Shown here piece after piece: positions 1 to 8,194 of a DNA stretch of 64,000 nucleotides. A program made the translations under genes and the position numbers. Below the pieces are notes generated by a model, which worked only from the letters and a program-made list of their open reading frames with translations, had not been told where the DNA came from and searched no databases. Each line of letters opens with the position of its first letter. The first letter of the stretch is position 1. This DNA is from an uncultured Thermococci archaeon (lineage in GTDB: Archaea > CAYQAE01 > CAYVLA01): assembly GCA_964549615.1 (NCBI GenBank), contig CAZJVP010000101.1, forward strand, positions 1-64,000, given 5' to 3'.

Positions 1-293
1 ATCGTGGGCTCGGAGATCTCCCTGACCACTATGGCTCCTCCCTTCTTGAGCAGGGACACCTGCCTGTTGGTGCGAAGGTAGGTCTTCCACAGCCAACCCG
101 TCTCGGTGATCGTTGTGTTGTCGCTGAAGTGGAACTCGTGAACCTTGCCGAAGGCATAGTGTGAGGTCAGGATTCCCTCGTGGAGGACCCTCTCCTTCGC
201 CCAGAGCGGCCTGGTCACCGAGATCGTCAGCGCGATTCCCGCGGCGAGGAGGAGAACTGCGATCAATGTGTACGCCTGATCTTCCTTGCTCAA
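1..293 (-). CDS. Hypothetical protein with N-terminal TM/signal anchor (partial, runs off left edge)
   Basis: Manual translation from TTG at 293 gives MSKEDQAYTLIAVLLLAAGIALTISVTRPLWAKERVLHEG..., open to position 1. TATA-like ATTTAA on the minus strand at 318-323. Confidence 0.6.
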   Translation of the reverse strand, partial: MSKEDQAYTLIAVLLLAAGIALTISVTRPLWAKERVLHEGILTSHYAFGKVHEFHFSDNTTITETGWLWKTYLRTNRQVSLLKKGGAIVVREISEPT

Positions 294-472
294 CGGCGGG
301 GCGAGGCAGGCCGCTCCTTAAATGTCTCACGGGCGCGAATGGGGCCGTCTAAACGATCTTCTACACGGCCCTGCGCTTTTTCATCACCCCTGTTTATCAA
401 GAATGGGCAAAATTCTACAACTCGGGCCGAAAATGGCCGGCCCCGCCCTACAATTCAACGCATTCCGATATC

Positions 473-481
473 TTTTTAAGT
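473..481 (+). promoter_or_regulatory. Archaeal TATA box (TTTTTAAGT) for the putative large ncRNA
   Basis: AT-rich box in GC-rich context, about 30-35 nt upstream of the first paired segment (515) of the structured region. Confidence 0.55.
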
Positions 482-758
482 AATCGTGGTAATTATCGGA
501 CGCTTTGGTCTGCAGGGCAGACAGGAAGCGGACATCACGGGAAAACGGTTCCAGGCCCCTCCGGGGGTCCCGGGATCGGTGATGAACGCCCGTATGTTCT
601 CGGGCCTCGTGTTCGAGGATGTGCGGGTGCATGGGCCATGGGATTGATCCGATGCATTCGGTTTTTTCCCCGGATGCGACGGAGAAGATGGTCTTCCCGC
701 AAGGATCTCGCCCCGTTGAGGCGTGACCTATCCCGGAAATCCCGCGAAGGATGGGTTA

Positions 759-839
759 CAGGGGTGAGCAAAGGAGCAGGCCTCCAGACCCAAGCCTCAA
801 GAGAGGGCTGGTGGCCTGGTCTTTCCGCTTCCCTGCAAA
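759..839 (+). repeat. Copy A of an ~80-nt structured internal repeat
   Basis: GGGGTGAGCAAAGGAGCAGGCCTCCAGACCCAAGCCTCAAGAGAGGGCTGGTGGCCTGGTCT...TCCGCTTCCCTGCAAA aligns with 1070-1152. Confidence 0.85.
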
Positions 840-1069
840 CCTGCGGGCCGGAAGCGGAAAGGAGGCGGATGTCGCCCGGAATGGACGTCAGGCTTCGGCC
901 TGATGTCGGCGCTCGACGCGTCCGTGCGAAAGCACGACGCGTGAGGCCGCTGGGAGCGACTCGCTTTTCCCGAGGTTCCGTCGGGAAAGGCGAAGAACGG
1001 CTGGCATCCCGTAAAGGGACTTGCCCCGCTGAGGAACGGAGCGTCCGGAACCTCCCATAAAGGACGCCT

Positions 1070-1152
1070 CGGGGGGTAAGCAAAGGAGCAGGTTTCCAGA
1101 CCCGATCCTCAAGAGAGGATGGTGACCTGCTCTGTGTCCGCCTCCCCGCAAA
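1070..1152 (+). repeat. Copy B of an ~80-nt structured internal repeat
   Basis: GGGGTAAGCAAAGGAGCAGGTTTCCAGACCCGATCCTCAAGAGAGGATGGTGACCTGCTCT...TCCGCCTCCCCGCAAA aligns with 759-839. Confidence 0.85.
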
Positions 1153-1451
1153 TCGGGCCCGCATGACCTTTTCTTCGTTGCGCCCACGCTGTGTTGAACC
1201 ATCGAGGTGCCTGCGCGGACCTACCGTGTTCCTGACCCCATGCCTGGGGTCGAACGCGGGTCGAGGATCTTGCCGGAAGGCGAGACGAAGGCGACTTGGG
1301 CCTGCTTTCCGGTTCTTCCCATTTCCCGCCTCTGAGCTCCTGCCCAACCGTACACATTCCCATCGGTAGACAGTTTGTTGCGGTCCATGAAACCCCATCG
1401 GGGTCGAAGGCTCGAGAGATTTTTCAGCCCGTGGGCTGGCGTTGGGCCGAG

Positions 1452-2324
1452 TTGCCGATCGAATTCGAGGTTCTCAAGGAATGCGCGGCAGAGCTGTACT
1501 GGACGGCGCTGAGGCTCCTTCCTCGCGACGTTCTGGCATGCCTGGAGAAGGCCCAGCGTTCGGAGGATGACCCGCGGGCATCATCGATACTGGGATGCAT
1601 GCTTGAGAACGCGAGGCTGGCGCGGGACGCATCCCAGATGCTGTGCCAGGACAGCGGCATACCGGTTTTCCTCGTCCGCGTGGGAAGGGAGTGCACCTTT
1701 TCGTGCGATCCCGCGGAGGCTCTCTCGGCTGGGGTGGAGAAGGCGACGAGGCAACACTCCATCAGGGCCAATTGCGTCGACGTCCTGAAAAGGACGAACT
1801 CCGGGACGAATCGAGGCAGAGAGTACCCGATCGTGCATCTCTTTGTCGGCGGTGAGGGTCGTGGAGCAGAGGTGACGCTGCTGGCAAAGGGGTCGGGTTC
1901 GGAGCATCGAAGCAGGCTCGGGATGCTGAACCCAATCCAGGGTCTGGAGGGTGCAAGGGAGTTCATCCTGAGGGCGGTTGCCGAGGGCGCACCCTTCTCC
2001 TGCCCGCCTGTGGTTGTGGGCGTGGGGCTTGGGGGTTCCTTTGACCTTGTTGCTCTGCTCTCAAAGAGGGCTCTTGCCCGGCCATTGGGAGAGCACAGCG
2101 GGGTCCGCGAGTTGGCCATCCTGGAGCAAGAGCTCTTGGATGACGTGAACTCGCTCGGGATCGGACCAATGGGCCTCGGAGGAAGGTCGACGGCACTCTG
2201 GGTGTCGGTGGAGGCGGCCGACACCCACATCACGTGCAACCCAGTGTCGGTCAACCTCGGGTGCTGGGTCCACCGGAGGGCGACGGCGGACGTGACGGAG
2301 GAAGGGTTCAGGCTTCGGAGCTGA
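1452..2324 (+). CDS. Fe-S hydro-lyase (class I fumarate hydratase / L-tartrate dehydratase) alpha subunit
   Basis: Motifs LCQDSG, KGSGSE, CPP...GVGLGG, GIGPMGLGG, C-terminal CWVHR. TTG start at 1452 inferred. Confidence 0.9.
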   Translation: MPIEFEVLKECAAELYWTALRLLPRDVLACLEKAQRSEDDPRASSILGCMLENARLARDASQMLCQDSGIPVFLVRVGRECTFSCDPAEALSAGVEKATRQHSIRANCVDVLKRTNSGTNRGREYPIVHLFVGGEGRGAEVTLLAKGSGSEHRSRLGMLNPIQGLEGAREFILRAVAEGAPFSCPPVVVGVGLGGSFDLVALLSKRALARPLGEHSGVRELAILEQELLDDVNSLGIGPMGLGGRSTALWVSVEAADTHITCNPVSVNLGCWVHRRATADVTEEGFRLRS

Positions 2325-2950
2325 TGGGTTTGATCGAGCTTCGCACTCCTCTCAGCGCCCGGCGGGTGAGATCGCTCGAAGTAGGGGACGAGATCTGCAT
2401 CTCGGGCGCGTTGTACTCGATGCGGGACCAGGCGAGCGCAAGGATCCTGAACCTCCTAAAGGAAGGCAAACCCCTCCCGGCGGACCTCGCGGGAAGCGTC
2501 GTCCTCCACGCGGGGCCCGCGCTGGACAGGCACGAGGGCCGCCTCAGAGTTGTCTCCATAGGCCCGACGACCTCGGCCAGGATGAACTCGGTCATGCCCG
2601 ACCTCATCCGGCTTTTGAAGATCAGATGCGTTATCGGGAAGGGCGGGATGGGGGACGATGTCCTCAGGGCGATGGCGCAGACAGGGTGCGTGTATGCCTC
2701 GGGCATAGGAGGCTGCGCGGCACTATACAGTCGCGCGGTGAAGGCGGTAGGCCGGGTGGTGTGGGAGGAGATGGGTCCGGAGGCCCTGCACGAGCTTGAG
2801 GTTGAGAAGTTCGGGCCGCTCATCGTAACGATGGATGCCCGGGGGCGAAGCCTTCACAAGGAGGTCTCAGGGCGCACGGGCAGGAGCCTGAAGAGGATAC
2901 TTGCCCGAAGAAGGGCCGGCGGTGCGGCGAGCACGTCCGGGCGGAGTTAG
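2324..2950 (+). CDS. Fe-S hydro-lyase (fumarate hydratase / tartrate dehydratase) beta subunit
   Basis: Motifs HAGP, GPTTSARM, IGKGGM, GGCAAL, MGPEA. ATG overlaps the alpha-subunit stop (TGATG). Confidence 0.92.
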   Translation: MGLIELRTPLSARRVRSLEVGDEICISGALYSMRDQASARILNLLKEGKPLPADLAGSVVLHAGPALDRHEGRLRVVSIGPTTSARMNSVMPDLIRLLKIRCVIGKGGMGDDVLRAMAQTGCVYASGIGGCAALYSRAVKAVGRVVWEEMGPEALHELEVEKFGPLIVTMDARGRSLHKEVSGRTGRSLKRILARRRAGGAASTSGRS

Positions 2951-2974
2951 TCAGGGTGATTGGAGCAGGTTGGG

Positions 2975-4351
2975 ATGAGTTTTCTCGTCAAGAATCGGGA
3001 TGATCTGATTGGAAGGGGCTTGACCCCTGCCGACAGGAAGGCGAGGGCGGATCTTCTGGACATCGTGGAGGCCTCCCTGCGGGCTGTTGATCCCTATGGC
3101 CTGGTCAAGCAAGCCCTTCGCTTAGAGGGCGACACGCTTTGGGCCGGCCAGGAAAGGATCGATCTTTCCAGGACGGGCAAGATCTTCCTTGCCGGCGCGG
3201 GAAAGGCCTGCTTCAAGATGGCACGCGCGGCCCATGAGATCCTTGCAGGAAGGGTTGAGCGCGGAGTTTTCAACGTGCCTGAGAAGCCGCCCAGCGGCCT
3301 TGGGGATGGATTCACGTTCCACGTTGCGGGCCACCCAAAGCCCGACGAGGCCGGACTAAAGGGAGCCAAGGAGATCGTTGCCATGGCCAGGGAGGCCGGG
3401 CCCGATGACCTCTTCATAATGCTCATATCGGGCGGGGGGTCGGCGCTGCTACCTTACCCCGCCGGCGGCATAACGCTCGAGGACAAGAGGCAGTTGACCT
3501 CCCTCCTGCTTGCCTGTGGGGCAAGGATCGACGAGATCAACTGCGTGCGGAAGCACATCTCCGAGGTCAAGGGCGGCAGGCTTGCCCAGGCGGCCTACCC
3601 CGCAAGGGTGATCAGCCTGATCGTCTCGGACGTCGTGGGGGATCCCGTTGAATCCATAGCCTCGGGGCCGACCTCTCCCGATCCCTCCACGTTCCAGGAT
3701 GCAGCGGCGGTTCTAAGGCGATATGGAATCTACGACCGCGTGCCGGACAGAGTCAGATCAAGGATCGAGAGGGGTCTGAGAGGGGAGGTTGACGAGACGC
3801 CGAAGCCGGGCGACCCGGTCCTCTCCCGCGTCAGGAACCTCATAATCGGCAGCAACAGGGTTGCCCTTGACGCCGCAAGGTCGGCTGGCCAGGAGAGGGG
3901 CTACGCCACCCTCGTCCTGACGGACAGGATGGAGGGGGAGGCGAGGGAGATAGGCATCTTCGCGGCGTCCGTGCTGAACTCCATCGGGTCCGTCGGCCTG
4001 CCTCTGTCGCCCCCCTGTCTGGTCATGATGGGCGGGGAGACCACTGTGACGCTGGCGGGCCCCGGCGACGGCGGAAGAAACCAGGAGCTCGCCCTCTCGG
4101 CCTCAAGGAAGATCGCGGGGCCCGGGCTGCTTCTCAGCCTCGCCACCGATGGGAGGGACGGCCCAACCGACTCGGCCGGGGCACTGGTGGACCGGGAGAC
4201 GTGTCGCCTTGCCGAGCGGATCGGCCTGAGCCCCGAAAAGGCCATTGCCGACAATGCGGAGTACGAGCTCCTCAAGGCCCTTGGATGTCACCTATTCACG
4301 GGGCACACGGGCACGAACGTGTGCGACATCGTGTTCATCCTTGTCCCCTAG
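2975..4351 (+). CDS. gck: Glycerate 2-kinase (MOFRL / TtuD family)
   Basis: Motifs GAGKA, ISGGGSAL, VKGGRLA, SDVVGD...IASGP, GGETTV, GGRNQE, TDGRDG, GTNV. Confidence 0.93.
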   Translation: MSFLVKNRDDLIGRGLTPADRKARADLLDIVEASLRAVDPYGLVKQALRLEGDTLWAGQERIDLSRTGKIFLAGAGKACFKMARAAHEILAGRVERGVFNVPEKPPSGLGDGFTFHVAGHPKPDEAGLKGAKEIVAMAREAGPDDLFIMLISGGGSALLPYPAGGITLEDKRQLTSLLLACGARIDEINCVRKHISEVKGGRLAQAAYPARVISLIVSDVVGDPVESIASGPTSPDPSTFQDAAAVLRRYGIYDRVPDRVRSRIERGLRGEVDETPKPGDPVLSRVRNLIIGSNRVALDAARSAGQERGYATLVLTDRMEGEAREIGIFAASVLNSIGSVGLPLSPPCLVMMGGETTVTLAGPGDGGRNQELALSASRKIAGPGLLLSLATDGRDGPTDSAGALVDRETCRLAERIGLSPEKAIADNAEYELLKALGCHLFTGHTGTNVCDIVFILVP

Positions 4352-4362
4352 GTCGATGGTCG

Positions 4363-5019
4363 ATGGATTGGCCAAGCCGGCTAGAGAAGATTGCGAGTCG
4401 GCTGCGTTCGGCATACGGGCCGCGCCAGAGGAAGAGGGATGATCCGATCGACGTTCTGCTCCGGACCGTTCTATCCCAGAACACATCCGACGCCAACTCC
4501 GACCGGGCCTTCGCCAACCTGAAGTCTCGGTTCCCGACCCTGGAGGACCTTGCCTCGGCTAGCTTGGCGGAGATCCGGCGGGCGATAAAGGTCGGGGGAC
4601 TGCAGAAGAGGAAGGCAAGGGTGATACGAAACCTGTCCAGGCAGCTTGCAAAGCGCGGATTGGCGCTTGAAGGGCTGGATGACCAGCGGGCTAGGAGATA
4701 CCTTAGGTCCCTGGAGGGGGTAGGCCCCAAGACGGCCTCCTGCGTACTGCTCTTCGGCCTAGGGAGGGATGTCATGCCAGTCGACACGCATGTCTACAGG
4801 CTCTCCAGGAGGATCGGGCTTCTCGACCAAAATGTGCCCGTCCACAGGGCAGAGCTGGAGCTTGAAAGGGTCGTCCCGCCGAAGATGAGGTACCATCTTC
4901 ACCTGGACCTCATAGAACACGGCAGGAAGGTGTGCCGGCCGGCAAGGCCCAGATGCGACGCCTGCTTGATAGCCGACCTGTGCGACTATGCGAGGTCCGA
5001 GGCCAGCGGCAAGAGGTAA
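4363..5019 (+). CDS. nth: Endonuclease III-family DNA glycosylase (HhH-GPD, 4Fe-4S)
   Basis: LSQNT, HhH GVGPKTA, PVDTHV and a C-x6-C-x2-C-x5-C cluster. Confidence 0.9.
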   Translation: MDWPSRLEKIASRLRSAYGPRQRKRDDPIDVLLRTVLSQNTSDANSDRAFANLKSRFPTLEDLASASLAEIRRAIKVGGLQKRKARVIRNLSRQLAKRGLALEGLDDQRARRYLRSLEGVGPKTASCVLLFGLGRDVMPVDTHVYRLSRRIGLLDQNVPVHRAELELERVVPPKMRYHLHLDLIEHGRKVCRPARPRCDACLIADLCDYARSEASGKR

Positions 5020-5101
5020 GTAAGGGAGAACCTTCCTCTTGCCCACGGGGCTCGAGTCCTCGGGGGAAAGATATTTTTCCGCACACAGGCCGAGCCAAGC
5101 C

Positions 5102-5938
5102 GTGCCCCGGGGAAAGCGGCGTGCCCTCATCATCCTCCTGCTTGCACTAGCCGCCTTGCCCCGCTGCTTGTCCCAGACGAACAGTGGAGCGAACGGGTAC
5201 TACCTGGTCATGGACCTGACCGTGTCATCCCGCGGGACGGTTGCTTTCTACGGCGAGACGAACAGGCTACCGGTGAGCCTTGACCCCAGGCTTGGCAGCC
5301 TAGCGCCGAAGGACGGCCGCTTTGCAAACACGACCGACCTCTTGACGACCAAGGACGGGCTCAACTGGACCCTGAGGCTGGCGATGGTCCATGACTACTC
5401 CAACGTTTTCATCAACGTCTATCTGCCGGTCGGTGCCAGCGTGATGTCGGTTAGCCCGGGCAACTGGACCATCCTACCCGACAAGAAGAGCTTGGTGGTG
5501 AACTTCCAGGGAAGCTTCAGGTCGGGGGATGAGCTCTGCATCAGGTACCAGCTTGGCGGCGGCTCTTCGCCCAAGGTGGGGGGCTACGCCATCACGGCCA
5601 TCGGTGCCGCGGGGATCTGCGCGGTGGCAGTTGTCGGATTCAAGCTCCTGTGGCCGAGGTTTCGCCCTAGCCCCCCTGTTCCGCCGGTGGCGATCGATCA
5701 GGCTAAGATGGACGCGATCCTTCCGACCCTGAATGAGCGGGAGAGGCTGGTGCTGGAAGCCATCGTCAAGGAGGGGGGTAGGGTCTCTCAGAGGAAGCTG
5801 AAGCACATCTGTGATCTGCCCAAGTCCACACTGAGCAGGGTCACCGATGAGCTCCAACGGAAGGGATTGGTCCGCAAGATCCCTGTCGGACAGACCAACG
5901 AGCTGAGGGTGGACGAGCGGCTTCTCTCAAACGGATAG
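5102..5938 (+). CDS. Membrane-anchored protein with extracellular beta domain and C-terminal winged HTH
   Basis: Signal peptide (RRALIILLLALAAL), TM segment (GYAITAIGAAGICAVAVVGF), then wHTH (LNERERLVL...QRKL...LPKSTLSRVTDELQRKGLV). Confidence 0.8.
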   Translation: MPRGKRRALIILLLALAALPRCLSQTNSGANGYYLVMDLTVSSRGTVAFYGETNRLPVSLDPRLGSLAPKDGRFANTTDLLTTKDGLNWTLRLAMVHDYSNVFINVYLPVGASVMSVSPGNWTILPDKKSLVVNFQGSFRSGDELCIRYQLGGGSSPKVGGYAITAIGAAGICAVAVVGFKLLWPRFRPSPPVPPVAIDQAKMDAILPTLNERERLVLEAIVKEGGRVSQRKLKHICDLPKSTLSRVTDELQRKGLVRKIPVGQTNELRVDERLLSNG

Positions 5939-5949
5939 GCGAGCCGGCA

Positions 5950-6504
5950 CTACTTGACTATCTGGAGTATCTCCTTGAACTTTGGACCCTGTGCAACCCT
6001 GAGGAGTTCGAAGAGCGCGGTCTCGGTGCTTGTGAGCGCTGCGCCAAGGTCCCTCATCTTGATCAGGGCGATCTGCTTGTTCTCCCTGGTCCTCGAGGAC
6101 ACCGCGTCGGCGACGACCTCGACCTCGTATCCCGCGCCAAGGAGGTCCATGGCGGTCTGGTATATGCAGACGTGGGCCTCGATGCCGGTCAGGATCACCT
6201 GCCTGCGCCCCAGCGACTTGAGTTCGTCCACGAAGCGCTTTTCGCCCCAGCAGCTGAAGCTGAACTTCTCCACCGGCTTGAGGCCGGCGAGGAGCTCTGC
6301 GATCTCCGGCACCGTGGGGCCTAGGCCTTGAGGATTCTGCTCGACCCAGATTATCGGGATGCCGAGGACCTGCGCGCCCCTGATCATCTTCCCGACATTG
6401 GTGAACAGAGCGTCCCTCTCGTGCATGATCTGGGCGAGCTTTCCTTGGATGTCAACGACCAGCAGAACCGAGTTCTCCCTCGTCAGCATGGTCGTGCCTG
6501 TCAA
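5950..6504 (-). CDS. Isochorismatase-family (YcaC-like) hydrolase
   Basis: VVDIQ, EQNPQGLG, KFSFSC, GIEAHVC, DAVSSR. Confidence 0.93.
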   Translation of the reverse strand: MTGTTMLTRENSVLLVVDIQGKLAQIMHERDALFTNVGKMIRGAQVLGIPIIWVEQNPQGLGPTVPEIAELLAGLKPVEKFSFSCWGEKRFVDELKSLGRRQVILTGIEAHVCIYQTAMDLLGAGYEVEVVADAVSSRTRENKQIALIKMRDLGAALTSTETALFELLRVAQGPKFKEILQIVK

Positions 6505-6574
6505 CCGGCGTTATAATATCTTCGGGGATGGCCCTTCGGGATTGCCCAGATCGCTCCGGTGGCTCAGAAGCCGA

Positions 6575-7519
6575 TCAGGCCTGTCTGGGCATGGGCACGC
6601 CGGCTTTCTCCAGGAGGGCCCGGAGCTTCCCCTTCTCGGCTGCCGTGAGGTTCCGAGCAGGGGGCCTGACGGGGCCCGCGGGGAGCCCCACGAGCTCGAC
6701 GGCCGCCTTCGTTACGTTTGCATCGACGATGCCGGTTGACTTGGCGATCTCATGGAGAAGGTCGTAGAACGGGTAGTTCAGCTTCAGGAGTTCGGCGTTG
6801 GCCTGCTCGTACCGCTTCTCCTCCAGAAGCTGCCAGACGAGAAGCTCGTGCTCGGGCCAGAAGTTGCCGACGTGGGACAGGAAGCCGATGGCCCCGTGCA
6901 TATGGCTCCAGACATGCAGGTTGTTGTTGTCCATGAAGGCGAGCTTGTCGGCGTGGAGCCTGAGCATCTCCCGGTACTGCCACTCCGTGGGAGCGCACCA
7001 CTTGAAGCAGACCACGTTCTTGATCTTGAGGAGCTCGGGCATCAGGGATGGCTGGTGGTTGTAGCCCTGCCAGTAGGTGTTGTAGAGCATGAAGCCCACG
7101 CTGGTGTGTTTGGCGACGAGCCTGTAGAGGCGCAGCACGTCATCGTCGGTTTGTCCCCGGTCATAGAAGGTGGGCGCCATCTGGACCGCGTCGATGCCTA
7201 GATCCTCTACGCACCGGCACAGTTCTATCATCTGTCTTGGATCGGTATGCTGGGCCGAGACCACAAGCGGCACCTTTCCATACGCCTCCTCCGCGAGGGC
7301 CTTTGCCACGGACTTCCGCTCATCGAGGGTCATCGTGGGGAACTCCCCGGCGGCCACGGCAGCCATTAGCACCCCTCGCCCCGTTCGGAATCCGCTCTTC
7401 AGGAGGAAGCGCACGTTCTTCCTGAATCCCTCGAGGTCCAACTCCAGGTTGGGCTTGAAGGGCGTCATCATGGGCACAAATGGGCCCCTCAGTTTTCTTC
7501 GTGCCTCTTCAGCGTCCAC
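6575..7519 (-). CDS. Dihydrodipicolinate synthase (DapA/NAL) family aldolase
   Basis: TPF, GEF..MTLDERK, LYN, Schiff-base Lys in FKW, GPVRPP. GTG start inferred. Confidence 0.88.
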   Translation of the reverse strand: MDAEEARRKLRGPFVPMMTPFKPNLELDLEGFRKNVRFLLKSGFRTGRGVLMAAVAAGEFPTMTLDERKSVAKALAEEAYGKVPLVVSAQHTDPRQMIELCRCVEDLGIDAVQMAPTFYDRGQTDDDVLRLYRLVAKHTSVGFMLYNTYWQGYNHQPSLMPELLKIKNVVCFKWCAPTEWQYREMLRLHADKLAFMDNNNLHVWSHMHGAIGFLSHVGNFWPEHELLVWQLLEEKRYEQANAELLKLNYPFYDLLHEIAKSTGIVDANVTKAAVELVGLPAGPVRPPARNLTAAEKGKLRALLEKAGVPMPRQA

Positions 7520-7678
7520 GTCAGCAACTCCGGATCCCGGCTGAAATCCGGCGTTAAAGATATTCCGTCTTTGACGCGCTCCATCGACATGGCGAAGCTG
7601 GTCTGAAGGGTGTCTGTCCCCACCGGCCTGCGCACAAAGGTGCGCACTGCCCAAGCCGCCTTTCGGGCGCAGGACCAC

Positions 7679-8037
7679 CTACTTGAGGCTCACCCCTATC
7701 AGAAGCATGACCAGATCCTCATCCCCCGTATTCTCGGTGCTGTGCTCCACGCTCCGCGGGGCGTAGGCGATCGTGCCGTTCTCCAGATGCTGGACCTCTC
7801 CGCCGATCTTCATCTGCCCCTTGCCGCTGAGCACGATGAACACCCGCTCGGCGTCGGCATGGGAGTGCGGTTGATGGCGGCCGCCGGGGGAGTAGGTCTG
7901 CACGAGCACGTAGGTCCTTTCGGCCCCCCGAGGTGGTGGCGGTCCTTCGGGCCCAGTATGTGCTGGTCCATCAGTCCGCCCGCTATCTTGAGGCCGGGCT
8001 TCTTCGGCACCTCCTCGATCTTGACCGAGTATGTCAT
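7679..8037 (-). pseudogene. Cupin_2 domain protein, frameshifted at a G6 run (7924-7929)
   Basis: The N-terminal part (MTYSVKIEEVP...) and the C-terminal part (HSHADAERVF...VEHSTENTG) are in different frames. One extra G joins them into a 119-aa cupin. Confidence 0.75.
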
Positions 8038-8194
8038 CGGATCGCCGGGGTGCGAGGCCTGGTTCACCAGAAAAAGCTAATCACCTTGGAGGGCGGGATC
8101 CGGAAGGTCCGCGGGTCCAAGTCCCTCATGCCTCCAATCCGCGAATCGTTTGGCTTAGATCCTCCCTGATGCTTCGGGCGTATAGCTTCGTGCC

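Larger units (their letters stand above)
515..1345 (+). ncRNA. Putative large (~830 nt) highly structured non-coding RNA of unknown family
   Basis: No credible ORF. Nested terminal pairings 515-520/1340-1345, 539-543/1316-1320 and 552-558/1298-1304. cUUCGg hairpin 884-907, GAAA hairpin 912-945, 13-bp hairpin 961-993, GGAA hairpin 1268-1285. Duplicated domain with compensatory changes. G-U pairs and tetraloops favour the + strand. Confidence 0.75.

Noticed and set aside
579-585. C/D-box sRNA or hammerhead core (GTGATGA)
   Set aside because: No D box at guide-RNA spacing and no CUGAnGA/GAAA hammerhead arrangement. It could still form a K-turn within the larger RNA.
621-945. Group II intron (GTGCG at 621; GAAA hairpin at 912-945 as domain V)
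   Set aside because: The hairpin lacks the domain V geometry (catalytic triad plus 3' AC bulge). There is no domain VI, no RT ORF and no interrupted host gene.
515-1345. RNase P RNA or SRP RNA
   Set aside because: The ends pair as in P1, and GAGGAA (1031) and GGAGCAG occur. However, I find no matching P4 strands (GAGGAAnnUC.../ACAnAAnnnGGCUUA) and no SRP helix-8 arrangement, and the region is far longer than either RNA.
535-1398. 287-aa minus-strand ORF and overlapping ORFs
   Set aside because: Arg/Pro/Gly-rich sequence with no motif, typical of GC-rich spurious ORFs. The substitution pattern in the repeat conserves pairing, not codons.
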